Assembly (NCBI GenBank): GCA_951406725.2
Contig: OX597816.1
Span: forward strand, 17,298,001-17,362,000
Direction: 5' to 3'
Origin: Octopus vulgaris
Lineage: Eukaryota
DNA: 64,000 nucleotides
Part shown: one piece after another, positions 38,787 through 52,575 of the stretch
Layout of the letters: every line of letters begins with the position of its first letter
Numbering within the stretch: position 1 is the stretch's first letter
Made by a program: the position numbers and the translations under genes
Notes under the pieces: generated by a model
Told to the model about the DNA's origin: nothing
Seen by the model: the letters and a program-made list of their open reading frames with translations, nothing else
The model's database searches: none

Positions 38787-39163
38787 AACAAGAGCACTCA
38801 GAGAGGGCAAGCCTCCACCAAGGCAACACTGACGTCCTCTCAATGATTAGCCGAAGATGAGTTTTAAAATGAGAATATCTTAAATAAACTCGACTGTTCT
38901 CACATATGAGAATACTAAAAATGAACCTGACCGCTCTCAAAAATTAAGTAAAAAAAAACGGGAAAATAATCCAGAATCCTTGTCTGGTACTGGATCGATT
39001 CCAAAATCTAACCAGTTCATGCCAGTTATAAGGCCAAACATCTCTGAAAGTTTCATCTGAATCCATCCTGCAGTTCTTGAGATAGCTTATCCACAGATAA
39101 AACAAATATGCTAACAAACATGACTGAAAACAATACCCCTGCCTTCGCTAAGGCAGAGGTAAT
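38787..39163. mobile_element. Helentron-associated (HINE-like) non-autonomous element
   Basis: Subterminal CCTCCACCAAGGC near 38812 and terminal hairpin CTGCCTT-CGCT-AAGGCAG followed by AGGTAAT at 39139-39163. No coding capacity. Classification from architecture only. Confidence 0.55.
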
Positions 39164-39187
39164 AATTATAATAATAATAATAATAAT

Positions 39188-39298
39188 ACCTGTGAATTTG
39201 CGTGTGTAATCTGGGAATGCATACAATGAGCTTCTCTGCCCTAGGTGTACAGAAAACACTTAGCAAGAAATGGAAGAAAATTTTAAGAAAGAAAGAAA

Positions 39299-39300
<2 letters not shown>
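39188..39300 (+). mobile_element. R4/Dong 3' UTR-only insertion in (TAA)n
   Basis: ACCTGTGAATTTGC..GGGAATGCATACAATGAGC matches the Dong UTRs at 26895, 33572 and 58746. Confidence 0.75.
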
Positions 39301-39374
<74 letters not shown>

Positions 39375-40185
39375 GGTTTCAAATTTTGGTACAAGGCCAG
39401 CAATTATCAGAGGAGGCAGTGAGTTGATTACATGAACTTCATTGCTCAAATGATACCATTTTTTATTGATCTTGAAAGGATGAAATGCAAAGCTAACCTA
39501 GCAGCATTTGAACTCAGAATGTAAGGATGGGCAAAATACCACTGAACATTTTGTTCATAACAGTAATGATTCTGTTGGCTTGCTGTCTAAAATTTTGGTT
39601 GAGGGCCAGAAGTTTTTGTGGGAAGGTAAAAATCGATTACATCTACCCCCAGTACTTGAGTGGTACTTATTTTATCAACCCTAAAAGGACAAAATACAAA
39701 TTCAACCTCAATGGAATATGAACTCAAGACGTAAAGACAAATGAAATGCTGCTAATGTATTGTCCAGGCCAGATCACTGCCTTAATAATGATGATGATGA
39801 TGGTGATGATGATGGTGATGACAGTGATGATATAACATGATGATGACGGTGATTACAATGACAACGACGATGATGACGATGATGATAATTTATACGTTGA
39901 CAAGGGAAACAGGATCCCTGTTCTTGTAAAAGTATCATAAATATGTATTCTGCAAAAAAGTATTGAATAATTCTTCTATCTAATGTGGAATTGTTTCCAT
40001 TATATTTCAACATAAAAAAACAAATGCAACCACACACATTTTGTACATACATACACACACACACACACACATACAAACACACACATTTAGTAATAGTAAA
40101 AGTATGACAACAAAAGAATGAATGAGACCTCGATATTATGTAAATAGAGGAATTTATCTGTAATATAATATGTAGCAATTATTCA

Positions 40186-40335
40186 GTTGCTATAATAAAA
40201 CTCTGAGTTTCGGATGTTGGCACGTAAATTTGCTCTGGCATCTCATTGGTTATTAAGACAAACCTTAATATCTGATGAGATGGCGGAGCAGTTTTCCGTC
40301 CTGACATCCGAAACTCAGAGTTTTATTATGGCAAC
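40186..40335. ncRNA. Head-to-head inverted pair of type I hammerhead-like motifs (~72-bp arms)
   Basis: Plus strand CCTTAATAT-CTGATGA-GATG...CATC-C-GAAA-CTC-A-GAG-TT-TTATTATGG at 40263-40331. A degenerate mirror copy lies on the minus strand at 40186-40257. Confidence 0.6.
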
Positions 40336-40424
40336 ATATTATATATATATATATATATATATGTGTGTATATATATATGTATGTGTGTGTATATATATAT
40401 ATATATATATAAATACATATATAC

Positions 40425-40473
<49 letters not shown>

Positions 40474-41014
40474 TACCAAAGTGATGTCACAATGCTTGAT
40501 TGCTGAAATTAGAACACTCAAATTAAATTGTTAGAATAAAACATAAAATAAGTGTTGGGGTAATTTGTTTGATTAGACCTGTTAAGGAGGTGCACCAGCT
40601 TGGCCACAATGCAACAAGTGACAACTAGAACCACAGAGCAATATCATTAATGTGTCAATTGTCTTACCTGTGGGAAACACACAATACTAACAGCAAAATA
40701 TAAAACTTTGACGTTAAAGTCAACTGACTAATACCCTCTCTTCTTGATCATACCATGTTATCCAGCCAAGTCCATGTCTATTTCACAGGTTTGGTTATGC
40801 AAATAGAGGAAAACTGAGTATGTATATTTTTTTTATTAATATTTAGCAAAAGCAAAGAGTGATTAAAAAAAATGAAAGTTTTATGCATTGGCATTTATCA
40901 AAGTTTTCTGTTTTTACAGCAGACATAAACTGTAACTAGTAGTTTTTACAGGAATGGGAAGCTTTTAGTACCAGGGGTAAATTGCATATCTAAAATAAGC
41001 CTGTTAGGATGTGT

Positions 41015-41640
41015 CCATGCTGAGAAGACTCGGCAAGCACAAGTGAGACCATAACCTTGTGGCCTACACCAGGAGTGTAACCAGTCCACTTATGTGTGCC
41101 TTTCCTTCATTGGACACTAAACTCTGCTTGTGAAGACTTGTTGAGGCAAGTGAAATCAATATCGAAATCAAATTTGATGACTGGCATCCATGCTAGTGGA
41201 GCACTAAGAGAACCATACGAGTGAGATCGGAGCTAGAGCAACAAGCTGGCCTCCGAGCCGATGGCACGTTAAAAACACCATTCTGAGTGTGATCATTACC
41301 TGCGTCGCCTACTATCACTTGTGCTGGTGGCATGTGAAAAAACATTTGAGCAAGGTTGTTGTCAGTGCCGCTGGACTGGCTACTGTACAGGTGGCACATA
41401 AAAAACACCATTTGAGCATTGCCGTTGCCAGTACCGCCTGACTGACCCTCATGCCGGTCGCACATAAAAGCACCCACTATACTCTTGAAGTGGTTGACGT
41501 TAGGAAGGGCATCCAGCTGTAGAAACTCTGCTAGATCAGATTGGAGCCTGGTACAGCCATCTGGTTTGCCAGTCCTCAGTCAAATCGTCCAATCCATGCT
41601 AGCATGGAAAGCGGACGTTAAGCAGCGATGATGATGATGA
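41015..41640 (+). mobile_element. RTE 3' end (last codons EKTRQAQVR + UTR + (GAT)n)
   Basis: Homologous to the 32510-33110 UTR. Confidence 0.8.
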
Positions 41641-41869
41641 TAATTTATAATTAATTTGGATATAACTTATAATGGTTTCAAATTTTTTCACAAGTCTAGC
41701 AATTTTGGGGAAGGGTAACTTCACTGTATCGACCACCCCAGTGTTCATCTGGTACTCATTTTATCGACTTCAAAAGGACGAAAGACAAAGTCAACCCCAG
41801 TGAAATTTGAACTCATGTTATAAAGACGGATGTAATGTGGCAAAGCATTTTGCCCATTGTTCTGCTGGT

Positions 41870-42070
41870 TTACTCTTTTACTTGTTTCAGTCATTTGACT
41901 GTGGCCATGCTGGAGCACCGCATTTAGTCAAGCAAATCGCCCCAGGACTTATTCTTTGTAAGCCTAGTACTTATTCTATCGGTCTCTTTTGCCGAACCGC
42001 TAAGTAACGGGGACGTAAACACATCAGCATTGGGGGACAAACACAGACACACAAACATATATACACTCAT

Positions 42071-42136
<66 letters not shown>

Positions 42137-42326
42137 GTACATGTACGTATATGTACATATATATGATGGGCTGCTTTCAGTTTCCGTCTACCAAATCTAC
42201 TCACAGGGCTTTGGTCGACCTGAGGTTATAGTAGAAGAAACTTGCCCAAAGTGCCATGCAGTGGGGCTGAACCTGGAACCATGTGGTTCGTAAGCAAGCT
42301 ACTTACCACACAGCTACTCCTACGCC
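41870..42326 (-). mobile_element. SINE family B
   Basis: Full copy with internal (AT)n. Confidence 0.9.
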
Positions 42327-43197
42327 TTTTTAGTTGCAACTTATATTAAATTTTTATTTTGGAACTAGGCTTATATCTATGTTTTATTTGTATGTTTTTA
42401 ATGAATTAATCAATGGTAAGTTTAAAAATTCATTATTTTACCCCTGGGTAAAAGATTTTCCCACTCCTGGCTCAGAGAAAGGAAAAAAAAATACATGCTC
42501 TATGAAAGGTAAGTTAACTTTAAAGTTATATAAGCAAAGTTATATAATTATATAATTTTTTATACATCACCAAATATAAAATACATATATTTATTAATTC
42601 AGTTTGACTTGTCTGTCATTATTATTTATTTGTATATATCGTCCTTGGAATTATAAGAAACAGTTCTTGTATATTATGATGGATAGAGAGACAACAAATT
42701 GTCTGACTTTTGGGAGGTTTCACACAAATTATGAATATATGTCGACAGCAATTAAATGAGTTTAACTCACAGGACATGAATCATGCAAGTGAAAGATATT
42801 TTTCTTTTCAGTTATATATCATCATCTCATTACTTAGAACAGTTATATTCAATGTATTCATTGCTTTGACAACTGATTTTTAAATAGATGTCATAAAATT
42901 ACTTGCAATGAATTTCATGTCAGCTACAATCAAAATAGCTAAATATTAAGTAAAATTTCATCGTCTTCGTCAAATGTGTTTAAAGAAGGATATGAAATTA
43001 TAGCTTAAAGGCCATAGAATTATAAGCATCAAAAACTAGCATCTGATACATATATGAATACCTTCAATAAACTAAGAATTCATGATTGTAAAATTTGTAT
43101 CTTTCTAACAATTATTCCCTGATTATGAAATTTGGAAATGGTATAAATACTCTTATGTCATCGACATATCTCGTTCTGGTAATGAAGAGACATCTTA

Positions 43198-44773
43198 TTA
43201 ATCATTTTGAAACCAACACATCTTTTTTTTTTTACTACCCACAAGGGGCTAAACACAGAGAGGACAAACAAGAACAGACAAATGGATTAAGTCGATTATA
43301 TTGACTCATTGACCCCGAAAGGATGAAAGACAAAGTCGACCTCGGCGGAATTTGAACTCAGAACGTAGCAGCAGACGAAATACCTATTTCTTTACTACTC
43401 ACAAGGGGCTAAACACAGAGAGGACAAACAAGAACAGACAAATAGATTAAGTCGATTATATCGACCCCAGTGCATAACTGGTACTTAATTTATCGACCCC
43501 GAAAGGATGAAAGGCAAAGTCGACCTTGGTGGAATTTGAACTCAGAATGTAAAGACAGATGAAATAACTATTTCTTTACGACCCACAAGGGGTTAAACAC
43601 AGAGAGGACAAACAAGGACAGACAAAGGGACTAAGTCGATTATATCGACCCCAGTGTGTAACTGGTACTTAATTTATCGACCCTGAAAGGATGAAAGGCA
43701 AAGTTGACCTCGGCGAAATTTGAACTCAGAATGTAGCGGCAGATGAAATACCTATTTCTTTATTACCCACAAGGGGCTAAACGCAGAAGGGACAAACAAG
43801 GACAGACAAATAGATGAAGTCGATTATATCGAGCCCAGTGCGTAACTGGTACTTAATTTATCGACCCTGAAAGGATGAAAGGCAAAGTCGACTTCGGTGG
43901 AATTTGAACTCAGAACATAGCGGCAGACGAAATACCTATTTCTTTACTATCCACAAGGGGCTAAGCACAGAGAGGACAAACAAGGAGAGACAAATGAATT
44001 AAGTCGATTATATTGACCCAGTGCGTAACTGGTACTTAGTTGATCGACCCTGAACGGATGATAGGCAAAGTCGACCTCGGCGGATTTTGAACTCAGAACG
44101 TAATGGCAGACAAAATACCTATTTCTTTACTACCCACAAGGGGCTAAACACAGAGAGGACAAACAAGGACAGACAAACGGATGAAGTCGATTATAACGAC
44201 CCCAGTGCGTAACTGGTACTTAATTTATCAACCCCGAAAGGATGAAAGGCAAAGCTGACCTCGGCGGAATTTGAACTTAGAAATGTAGCGGCAGATAAAA
44301 TACCTATTTCTTTACTACCCACAAGGGGTTAAACATAGAGGGGACAAACAAGGATAGACATAGGTATTAAGTTGATTACATCGACCCCAGTGCATAACTG
44401 GTACTTAATTTATCGATCCCGAAAGAATGAAAGGTAAAGTCGACCTCGGCAGAATTTGAACTCAGAATGTAGCGGCAGACAAAATACCACTAAGCATTTT
44501 ACCCGGTGTGCTAACGATTCTGCCAGTTTGCTGCCTTCAATGATACCAACACATCTGAGACTGTCCCAGGTTCTATGATACAAACTTCCTGTCTTTAAAG
44601 CGATCTAAATTGAAATCTTTTATCAAAATTTCATGTTATGTTCCAAACACCAGCTCAATAATAATAACAAAGATATTTTCCTGAATTCTTCATTACTTTC
44701 GAAATTAATTGAGAAAAATAAACAGGAAAACAGATAGGGTGCTTCAACAGAAATATGATAACAAAAGGGTTAA
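43198..44773. mobile_element. Diverged piggyBac-type MITE split by the SINE-A heptamer
   Basis: Left end TTAATCATTTTGAAACCAAC and right end ATGATAACAAAAGGGTTAA resemble the 35138 MITE termini. Confidence 0.7.
43224..44537 (-). mobile_element. SINE family A heptamer (7 bodies, 1 head)
   Basis: Units at about 43232, 43391, 43575, 43759, 43943, 44126 and 44311. Head at 44488-44537. TSD ACCAACACATCT at 43212-43223 and 44545-44556. Confidence 0.93.
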
Positions 44774-45029
44774 TATTTCAGATGACTTTCAATTTCTATG
44801 TTTTGCGTCAGTTTTCTGTTATGAATAACATAGGCTAAATTTTATGAGGACTTCATTTTAACAACAACCAAACACTGAAGCAGATAATCGAATTGCAATT
44901 TTAAAATCAATAATATGTCTTGTGAGTGAATTCAGTAAATGGTAATAATGTGGAAGCCCATAATGAGTGTATGCATATGTGTGTATAATTGTGATTGTGT
45001 ATATGTGTGGTGTGTGCTCAAATGGATAC

Positions 45030-45330
45030 ATACGTACAGACATACATATGTATGCATGTGTGTATGTATGTATATATGTATGTATATGTATGTATGTATG
45101 TATATATGTATGTATATATGCATGCATGTATGTATGTGTGTGTATGTATGTATGTATGTATGTATGTATGTATGTATGCATGCATGTATGTATGTGTGTA
45201 CGTACGTATGTACGTATGCATGTATGTATGTATGTATGTATGTATGTATGTGTGTGTGTATGTATGTATGTATGTATGCATACATGCATGTATGTATGTC
45301 AGTGTGTACATATATATGTATGTATGTAGG
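45030..45330. repeat. (ATGT)n tract
   Basis: Direct inspection. Confidence 0.95.
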
Positions 45331-45424
45331 TATATAATTATGAACCAACCCAATATACAGGGGTTGAATGTAGTAAATGGTGAACAGTGGTGAGAGTAAA
45401 ATTCATATAAACACGTACATAGTT

Positions 45425-45599
45425 GCAGGCATGACTGTGTTGTAAGAAGCTTGCTTACCAACCACATGATTCTGGGTTCAGTTCCAATGTGTGGCACCTT
45501 GTGCAAGTGTCTTCTACTATAGCCTTGGGTTGACGAAAGCCTTGTGAGTGGATTTGGTAGATGGAAACTGAAAGAAACCTGTTGTATATATGTATATAA

Positions 45600-45659
<60 letters not shown>

Positions 45660-46025
45660 TGTTGTGTCTGGAGAGAGTCATTTTCTTTTTGTGCCTTATG
45701 ATGTAACACACTCACTGGTAAAATTTCCACTGTTTTCTTATTTTTATTTTCCTAAAATTTTCATTGCATCATGCAACCTTTTCAATAGTCTTGACTAAAT
45801 CCAAAAAGAAATATGTGTGTGTGTGTATGTTTGTGTGTCTGTTTTCGTCACCCCACCGTCACTTGGCAACCAATGTTGGTGTGTTTATGTCCCTGTAACT
45901 TAGTGGTTTGGCAAAAAGAGACCACTAGAATAAGTACCAGGCATACAAAGAGTAAGTCTTTGACTAAAGGCAGTGCTCCAGCATGGCTGCAGTCAACTGA
46001 CTGAAACAAGTAAAAGAATAAAAGA
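45425..46025 (+). mobile_element. SINE family B carrying a Penelope-like insert (45657-45800) in its (TA)n
   Basis: The minus strand of the insert reads CTA-TTGAAAA-G-GTTGC-ATGAT-GCAAT-GAAA-AT-TT-TAG, a degenerate hammerhead-like layout. Confidence 0.7.
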
Positions 46026-47641
46026 ATATGCACATATATATGAATATATGTAATAAAAGCAGAATGCGTTTTCTGGTACTGCTACAATTGTTTCAATAAA
46101 AATCTTTATTGTGATGCAAACACAGTACAGTCAAGTATGCAGTATGCACAGCATGTAATATGTTGCGCAACTCCCAACTCATCAGGTTTACCATGTAAAC
46201 AAACTAGCAGTGAAATGTTGATTAATCCACAGATCATCATCAACATGTGAAATTTCTTATCAGAATTACCAACATTTAAGAAACATAAATGAATGGGACT
46301 ACAGTTTGTCAGTCACAGAATGCATGTCAGCATGAAAAACAGACGTTAAAAGTTGATGATAATGATGATGATGATGGTGATGTGATGATGATGACGACGA
46401 AGATAAGTTAAAAAGGTATTTCTTGCTCATCAAAGGTGACATTGGTAAAACATGCTTGTATTAGCAGCAGGTAGCAGGTGCCAAATATGACATTTGACTT
46501 TTCTAAACATATTTGAATACAGTTAGGACTTTGTTCTAAAAAACTTATTTACTATGTTATATTGTTCTGTATGTTAAGGAGTGACATGGTTGATAAATTA
46601 TTGTTACTTTTTTCATTTGCTAATTTCATCTTGATTAAAGTACTCCAATTAATTATCACAAAACTAATAAAATATTAGCTTTAATTAAGGGAGATTCAGC
46701 TAATCCTAATTCTGAGAAAATAACTTTAGGGAAATTGCTGAAGCTAGAAAAGGTTTCTGCAAAATTTCAGCAGAAAAGGAGGGAAGAAAGGAGAAGGGAA
46801 AATAAAATAAAATCATTAATAAACAGAGATAACCATAATCAGAGTACAAGCAATTATAACATGTAAATACTTAAATAGAAAGAGTATAGGATAAATCTAA
46901 TAGTAAAGGTGGTCAACTCATTATGAGAAGACAGTATTGGTACAGACAAATAAATATGTATACTGGACTAATGAAAGTAACTTCGGCAATAATCAGTGTT
47001 AACATAAACATGTAAATCTATAAATTTATAAATTTATGTTAGTTAAATATCAAAATTTAGAGAGATCATTTATATAGCTGCAACAAAGTTATGAGTTGAA
47101 AGGCCAGAAATAACAGTGATAGAAAAACAGACCCAATATTACCAATAAAAATTTTAAAAATGAAAGAAACCATGTATACTAATGATTCTTTAACCAATAT
47201 TGTCAGAATATTATTGAGAATAAAGCAAATCAATTAAAATCATGTAGGTTCAGTGGCTAGGTTAGTTCACTACTATAATAAATTAAAATTATGGGGAGTA
47301 TTAAAAAAATATTAAAAGAATTCATAGGAATTATAAAGAATTATAAAGACCATAACTAGGGAGGGTAAAGCAAATATAAAGATATCACCTAAGGTTAGAA
47401 GCAAATTGAATAAAGTTATTAAATTAAATTATATTTTTAGATTGTTTTAGATTCTTTTGGATACTGTTGGATTTGTGGTTTACCAAACAATAGTGAACTT
47501 CCCTTCATCAATCCTTTCTGTGTTCTGATAATGGATTACTGAAGTGTCTGAATTACATCATTCTGTGGTGCCAATAATTGTGGCCTGCTTCACTTTGATA
47601 TGCCTCAATCATTCATGGATCTCATTAATCAAATTTATCTG

Positions 47642-48429
<788 letters not shown>

Positions 48430-49125
48430 ATCTATCTATTTCTCTCTCTCTCTGTTTGTCTATCTCTATCTATCTATCTATCTATCTATCCATCTATCTA
48501 TCTATCTATCTATCTATTTATCTATCATATGTATATATAATACATACATATAGATAAATATAACACATATACACAAAGCACATGAAAAAACACACACACA
48601 CATACACACACAACATACACACCCCATCCAGATTTTATATATACATGCATATACCATTTGCCATATCCTATATTCCTCATCTATTATTTCCATTATTTTT
48701 TCTGTCACATTCTGTTCAATTCTGAGCACTGTTCAATTCAAACTATTTCCACTATTATTATATTTTTATGCTTCCATATAATCCTTACACATATCATGAT
48801 GCAATTCTATTCAAGCTGTTGTTATGCAAGAAGACTTTCAGTCTGGTAATTCTAAAACTTCACAGTGGCAAGAAAAGATTTTCAATGATCGACATTATTT
48901 ATCCGCTGCAAGGCTTAACATTGATGTGACAAGTAATCTCTGATTGCATTTTAATGGCCTGGGGGAATTTGCGAGTAATCCTTGAGTATGTTTTTCTTTA
49001 TATGTTTTTTCAGATTTATGTCAGATTTTGTTTACAGCGGACAGAAAAGTATAAGACTAGATCTTTGTTTTCAGATATTTGGTCACCGTTAAAATATGTG
49101 AAGGCAAGGATATGCGTCTTCGTTC

Positions 49126-49178
<53 letters not shown>

Positions 49179-49180
<2 letters not shown>

Positions 49181-49513
49181 CCCTGGGAATGATAGCAAAA
49201 GAGGCTGATTGCTACCTAACTCAGATACCAGGAAACCCAAAAATGGCAGAAATTCAAAAGATAGTGCTCATGGGAACTGCTCATATCCTACGCAAAATAC
49301 TTTCTATATAATCTCAAGGTTTAAAACAAACATAATTTTCGGTTTTTAAAAAAAATTTTTTTTTTAGACATTCATTAGTACAACACCCCCCTCCCCCAAA
49401 TATATGGCACACTAGACATAACAACAACATGAACTTCCAACCTGTTGTCTCTTGAGGTCTCTGGGTGAGACTTGGAGCCAACTTGTACAAATATAAAGCA
49501 AAAGTCAAACATA

Positions 49514-49514
<1 letters not shown>
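49179..49514 (+). mobile_element. R4/Dong LINE 3' end in (TAA)n
   Basis: ALGMIAKEADCYLTQIPGNPKMAEIQKIVLMGTAHILRKILSI* plus UTR. Pure (AAT)n on both sides. Confidence 0.88.
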
Positions 49515-49571
<57 letters not shown>

Positions 49572-49804
49572 CCTTTCTACTCAGGGCACAAGGCCTGAGA
49601 TTTGTGGGGAGAGGACTAGTCGATTATGTCAATCCTAGGGTTTCACAAGTACTTAATTTATTGACCCCGAAAGGATGAATGGCATAGTCTACCTTGGCAG
49701 AATTTGAACTCAGAATGTAGCTGCTGAGAAAATAACGCTAAGCATTTCACCGATGATAATAATGATAATAATAATAATTATAATAATAATAATAATAATA
49801 ATAA

Positions 49805-50153
49805 ACAATAAAACAATACCTGTTGTCATAGGTGCCCTGGGAATGATAGCAAAAGGGGCTGATTGCTACCTAACTCAGATACCAGGAAACCCCAAAATGG
49901 CAGAAATTCAAAAGATAGTGCTCATGGGAACTGCTCATATCCTACGCAAAATACTTTCTATGTAATCTCAAGTTTTAAACCAAACAAAATTTTCGTATTT
50001 TTTTTTTTAGACATTCACTAGTACAGCACTAAATACAAAACAAAATATATGGCATACAAACAACAATACAAACTTCCAACCTGTTGCCTCTTGAGGTCTC
50101 TGGGTGAGACTTGGAGCCAACTTGTACAAATATAAAGCAAAAGTCAAACATAG
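49805..50153 (+). mobile_element. R4/Dong LINE 3' end in (TAA)n
   Basis: KTIPVVIGALGMIAKGADC...AHILRKILSM* plus UTR. Confidence 0.88.
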
Positions 50154-50204
50154 AATAATAATAATAATAATGATGATGATGATGATGATGATGATGATAA
50201 TAAT

Positions 50205-50248
<44 letters not shown>

Positions 50249-50971
50249 CAACACAGCAGAAAGTGATAAGTGCAGAATCTGTGGACAAAATGGTGAAACT
50301 CTATGGCATATTACCAGCCAATGTACGCCACTAGCCTAGAAGGAATATATGCGTGAATGAGAAAAAGAAGAAAATGGAGAAATTTACTTATAGCCATATT
50401 ACACACACATGCACGCAACTATATCATACATATTTGTTTATATGTATGTATATACTCATAACGGCTTTTTTTAAATACATTCATTACCAAAATGCATGCA
50501 TTTGAGTCTGTCAAGGGTCAACTACCTTGCTGGAATGTAACTTCTTGCTGGGAAATTCCCCCCTGATGAAATACCAAATTAACCAGTTTCATGAGGAAAA
50601 ATTTAAATCCATTTAATTTTAAAATAATTTCTCAAATTGAATTAATTGGATATGGAAACAGCTGTAGGGATAAGAATTTCATATTATATTGATTTGAATA
50701 TCTTTGAATAAACTGATGTCTATATGCAAATTTTTCCATTTTCTTCTTTTCCTCATTCATAAATATTTTAAATACCAATATGCATAAATGCAAAACTAAG
50801 GTATTTAGTTTTTCCAGAACACTGCTATAAACCTGAGAACTAGGATGCAAACATCCCTCAAAGGATTATAGGTCCTTAGCATGATTATATATATATATAT
50901 ATAAGTTCAGCAAAAATTTAGATTTGAAACGATTGTACTATACTACCTTTGGATATCCTTGTTGCTTATTT

Positions 50972-51007
<36 letters not shown>

Positions 51008-51325
51008 TGAGACCCCCTTCAGTCATGACTGACCATGAGATTGCACCTAGAAAGTTACCCTCTCAGGTACAAGTCCAGGCAAAGCTGTTTTATGGAAGAC
51101 CACCAGTTGCCCATGCATACTGGGCTCCCCTCTCCACGCCACTGATGTTATCCAAGGGAAAGGCAAAGGCTGATACAGCTTGGAACCTGTGACATTGCAA
51201 CTCATTTCTACAGCTGAGTCAACTGGAGCAATGTGAATAAAGTTTCTTCCTCAAGAACACAACACAGTCCGGTCCGAGATTTGAACTCACAACCTCATGA
51301 TCGTAAGCTCGATATGTGCCTTCAC
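51008..51325 (-). mobile_element. SINE family D
   Basis: Inverse homologue of 9620-9960. A matching head fragment on the plus strand lies at 51772-51810. Confidence 0.8.
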
Positions 51326-51396
51326 ATATATGTATATATAAATATCTATATCTATATCTATCTATCTATCTATCTATCATATATCTATATATATGA

Positions 51397-51457
<61 letters not shown>

Positions 51458-51459
51458 AA

Positions 51460-51570
51460 ATAAGGGCAAAAGAAAAATTCTAATGCCAAGTATGCCGAAA
51501 AAAAGACAAAATTGACAATTTTGTCTTTTTTTCGGCATACTTGGCATTAGAATTTTTCTTGTGCCCTTAT
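51460..51570. repeat. Near-perfect 111-bp palindrome
   Basis: 55-bp arms, one mismatch, 1-nt spacer at 51515, next to (TA)n. Confidence 0.95.
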
Positions 51571-51819
51571 CTTATAAATTTTTTATAAATTTAACCTTTA
51601 AAGGTATTTTTTGATATGCTGGCCATTGATAAAATTTTTTTCCCGAAAAAAATTTATCCTACATTAGATATATATATATAGCGGATGTTAAATGATGATG
51701 ATGATCATCATATAGATCGATAGATAGATATATAGATAGATATAGATATAGATATTTATATATACATATATGTGAAGGCACATGGCTCAGTGGTTAGAGC
51801 ATCGAGCTTAAGTGTGTAG

Positions 51820-52142
51820 AGTGTGGTTGTCTCAAAAGGATCAGATTTCAACTGCACAAGATCTCCTTAATTGTGTTGAGGAAGATGAAATCTATTTTGT
51901 AAAAAAAATTACATAACAAGCGATGAATCATGGGTCAGTGGCTATGACCCCACAACCAAGGCTGATTCTTCTTTGTGGAAGACACCAACAAGATCTCAAG
52001 ATGTTGAAGATATACATGCAATAAAATGCCACAAGGCAGCTGCTTAGTATCCCAAACATTTCCAGGAATTCTTCCATGAATGGAAACGATGCTGGATACA
52101 GTGTGTGTCTTCAGAAGGGGTCGACTTTAAAAGGAGATTAAA
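51820..52142 (+). pseudogene. Internally deleted mariner transposase relic
   Basis: ITSDESWVSGYDPTTKADSSLWKTP (TGDETW motif) and FQEFFHEWKRCWIQCVSSEGVDFKGD* (mariner C-terminus). Confidence 0.8.
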
Positions 52143-52159
52143 TGCCAAACTAATATATA

Positions 52160-52575
52160 CTCTTTACTCTTTACTCTTTTACATGTTTCAGTCATTTGAC
52201 TGTGGCCATGCTGGAGCACACCCTTTTAGTCGAGCAAATCGACCCCAGGACTTATTCTTCGTAAGACTAGTACTTATTTTATCGGTCTCTTTTGCCGAAC
52301 CGCTAAGTTATGGGGACGTAAACACACAAGGATCAGTTGTCAAGTGATGTTGGGGAGACAAACACAGACACACAAACATATACACACACATACATATATA
52401 TGCATATATACGACGGGCTTCTTTCAGTTTCCGTCTACCAAATCCACTCACAATGTTTTGGTTGGCCCGAGGTTATAGTAGAAGACACTTGTCCAAGGTG
52501 CCACGCAGTGGGACTGAACCCAGAACCATGTGGTTGGTAAGCAACGTACTTACCACACAGCCACTCCTACGCCTA
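52160..52575 (-). mobile_element. SINE family B
   Basis: Full copy. Confidence 0.9.

Noticed and set aside
42410-42515. Two plus-strand GTAAGT donor motifs
   Set aside because: No matching acceptor with a coherent exon. Expected by chance in AT-rich DNA.
46850-47400. A-rich stretch with faint AP-endonuclease-like translation (DKSNSKGGQLIMRR...)
   Set aside because: Too degenerate to support without a profile-HMM search.
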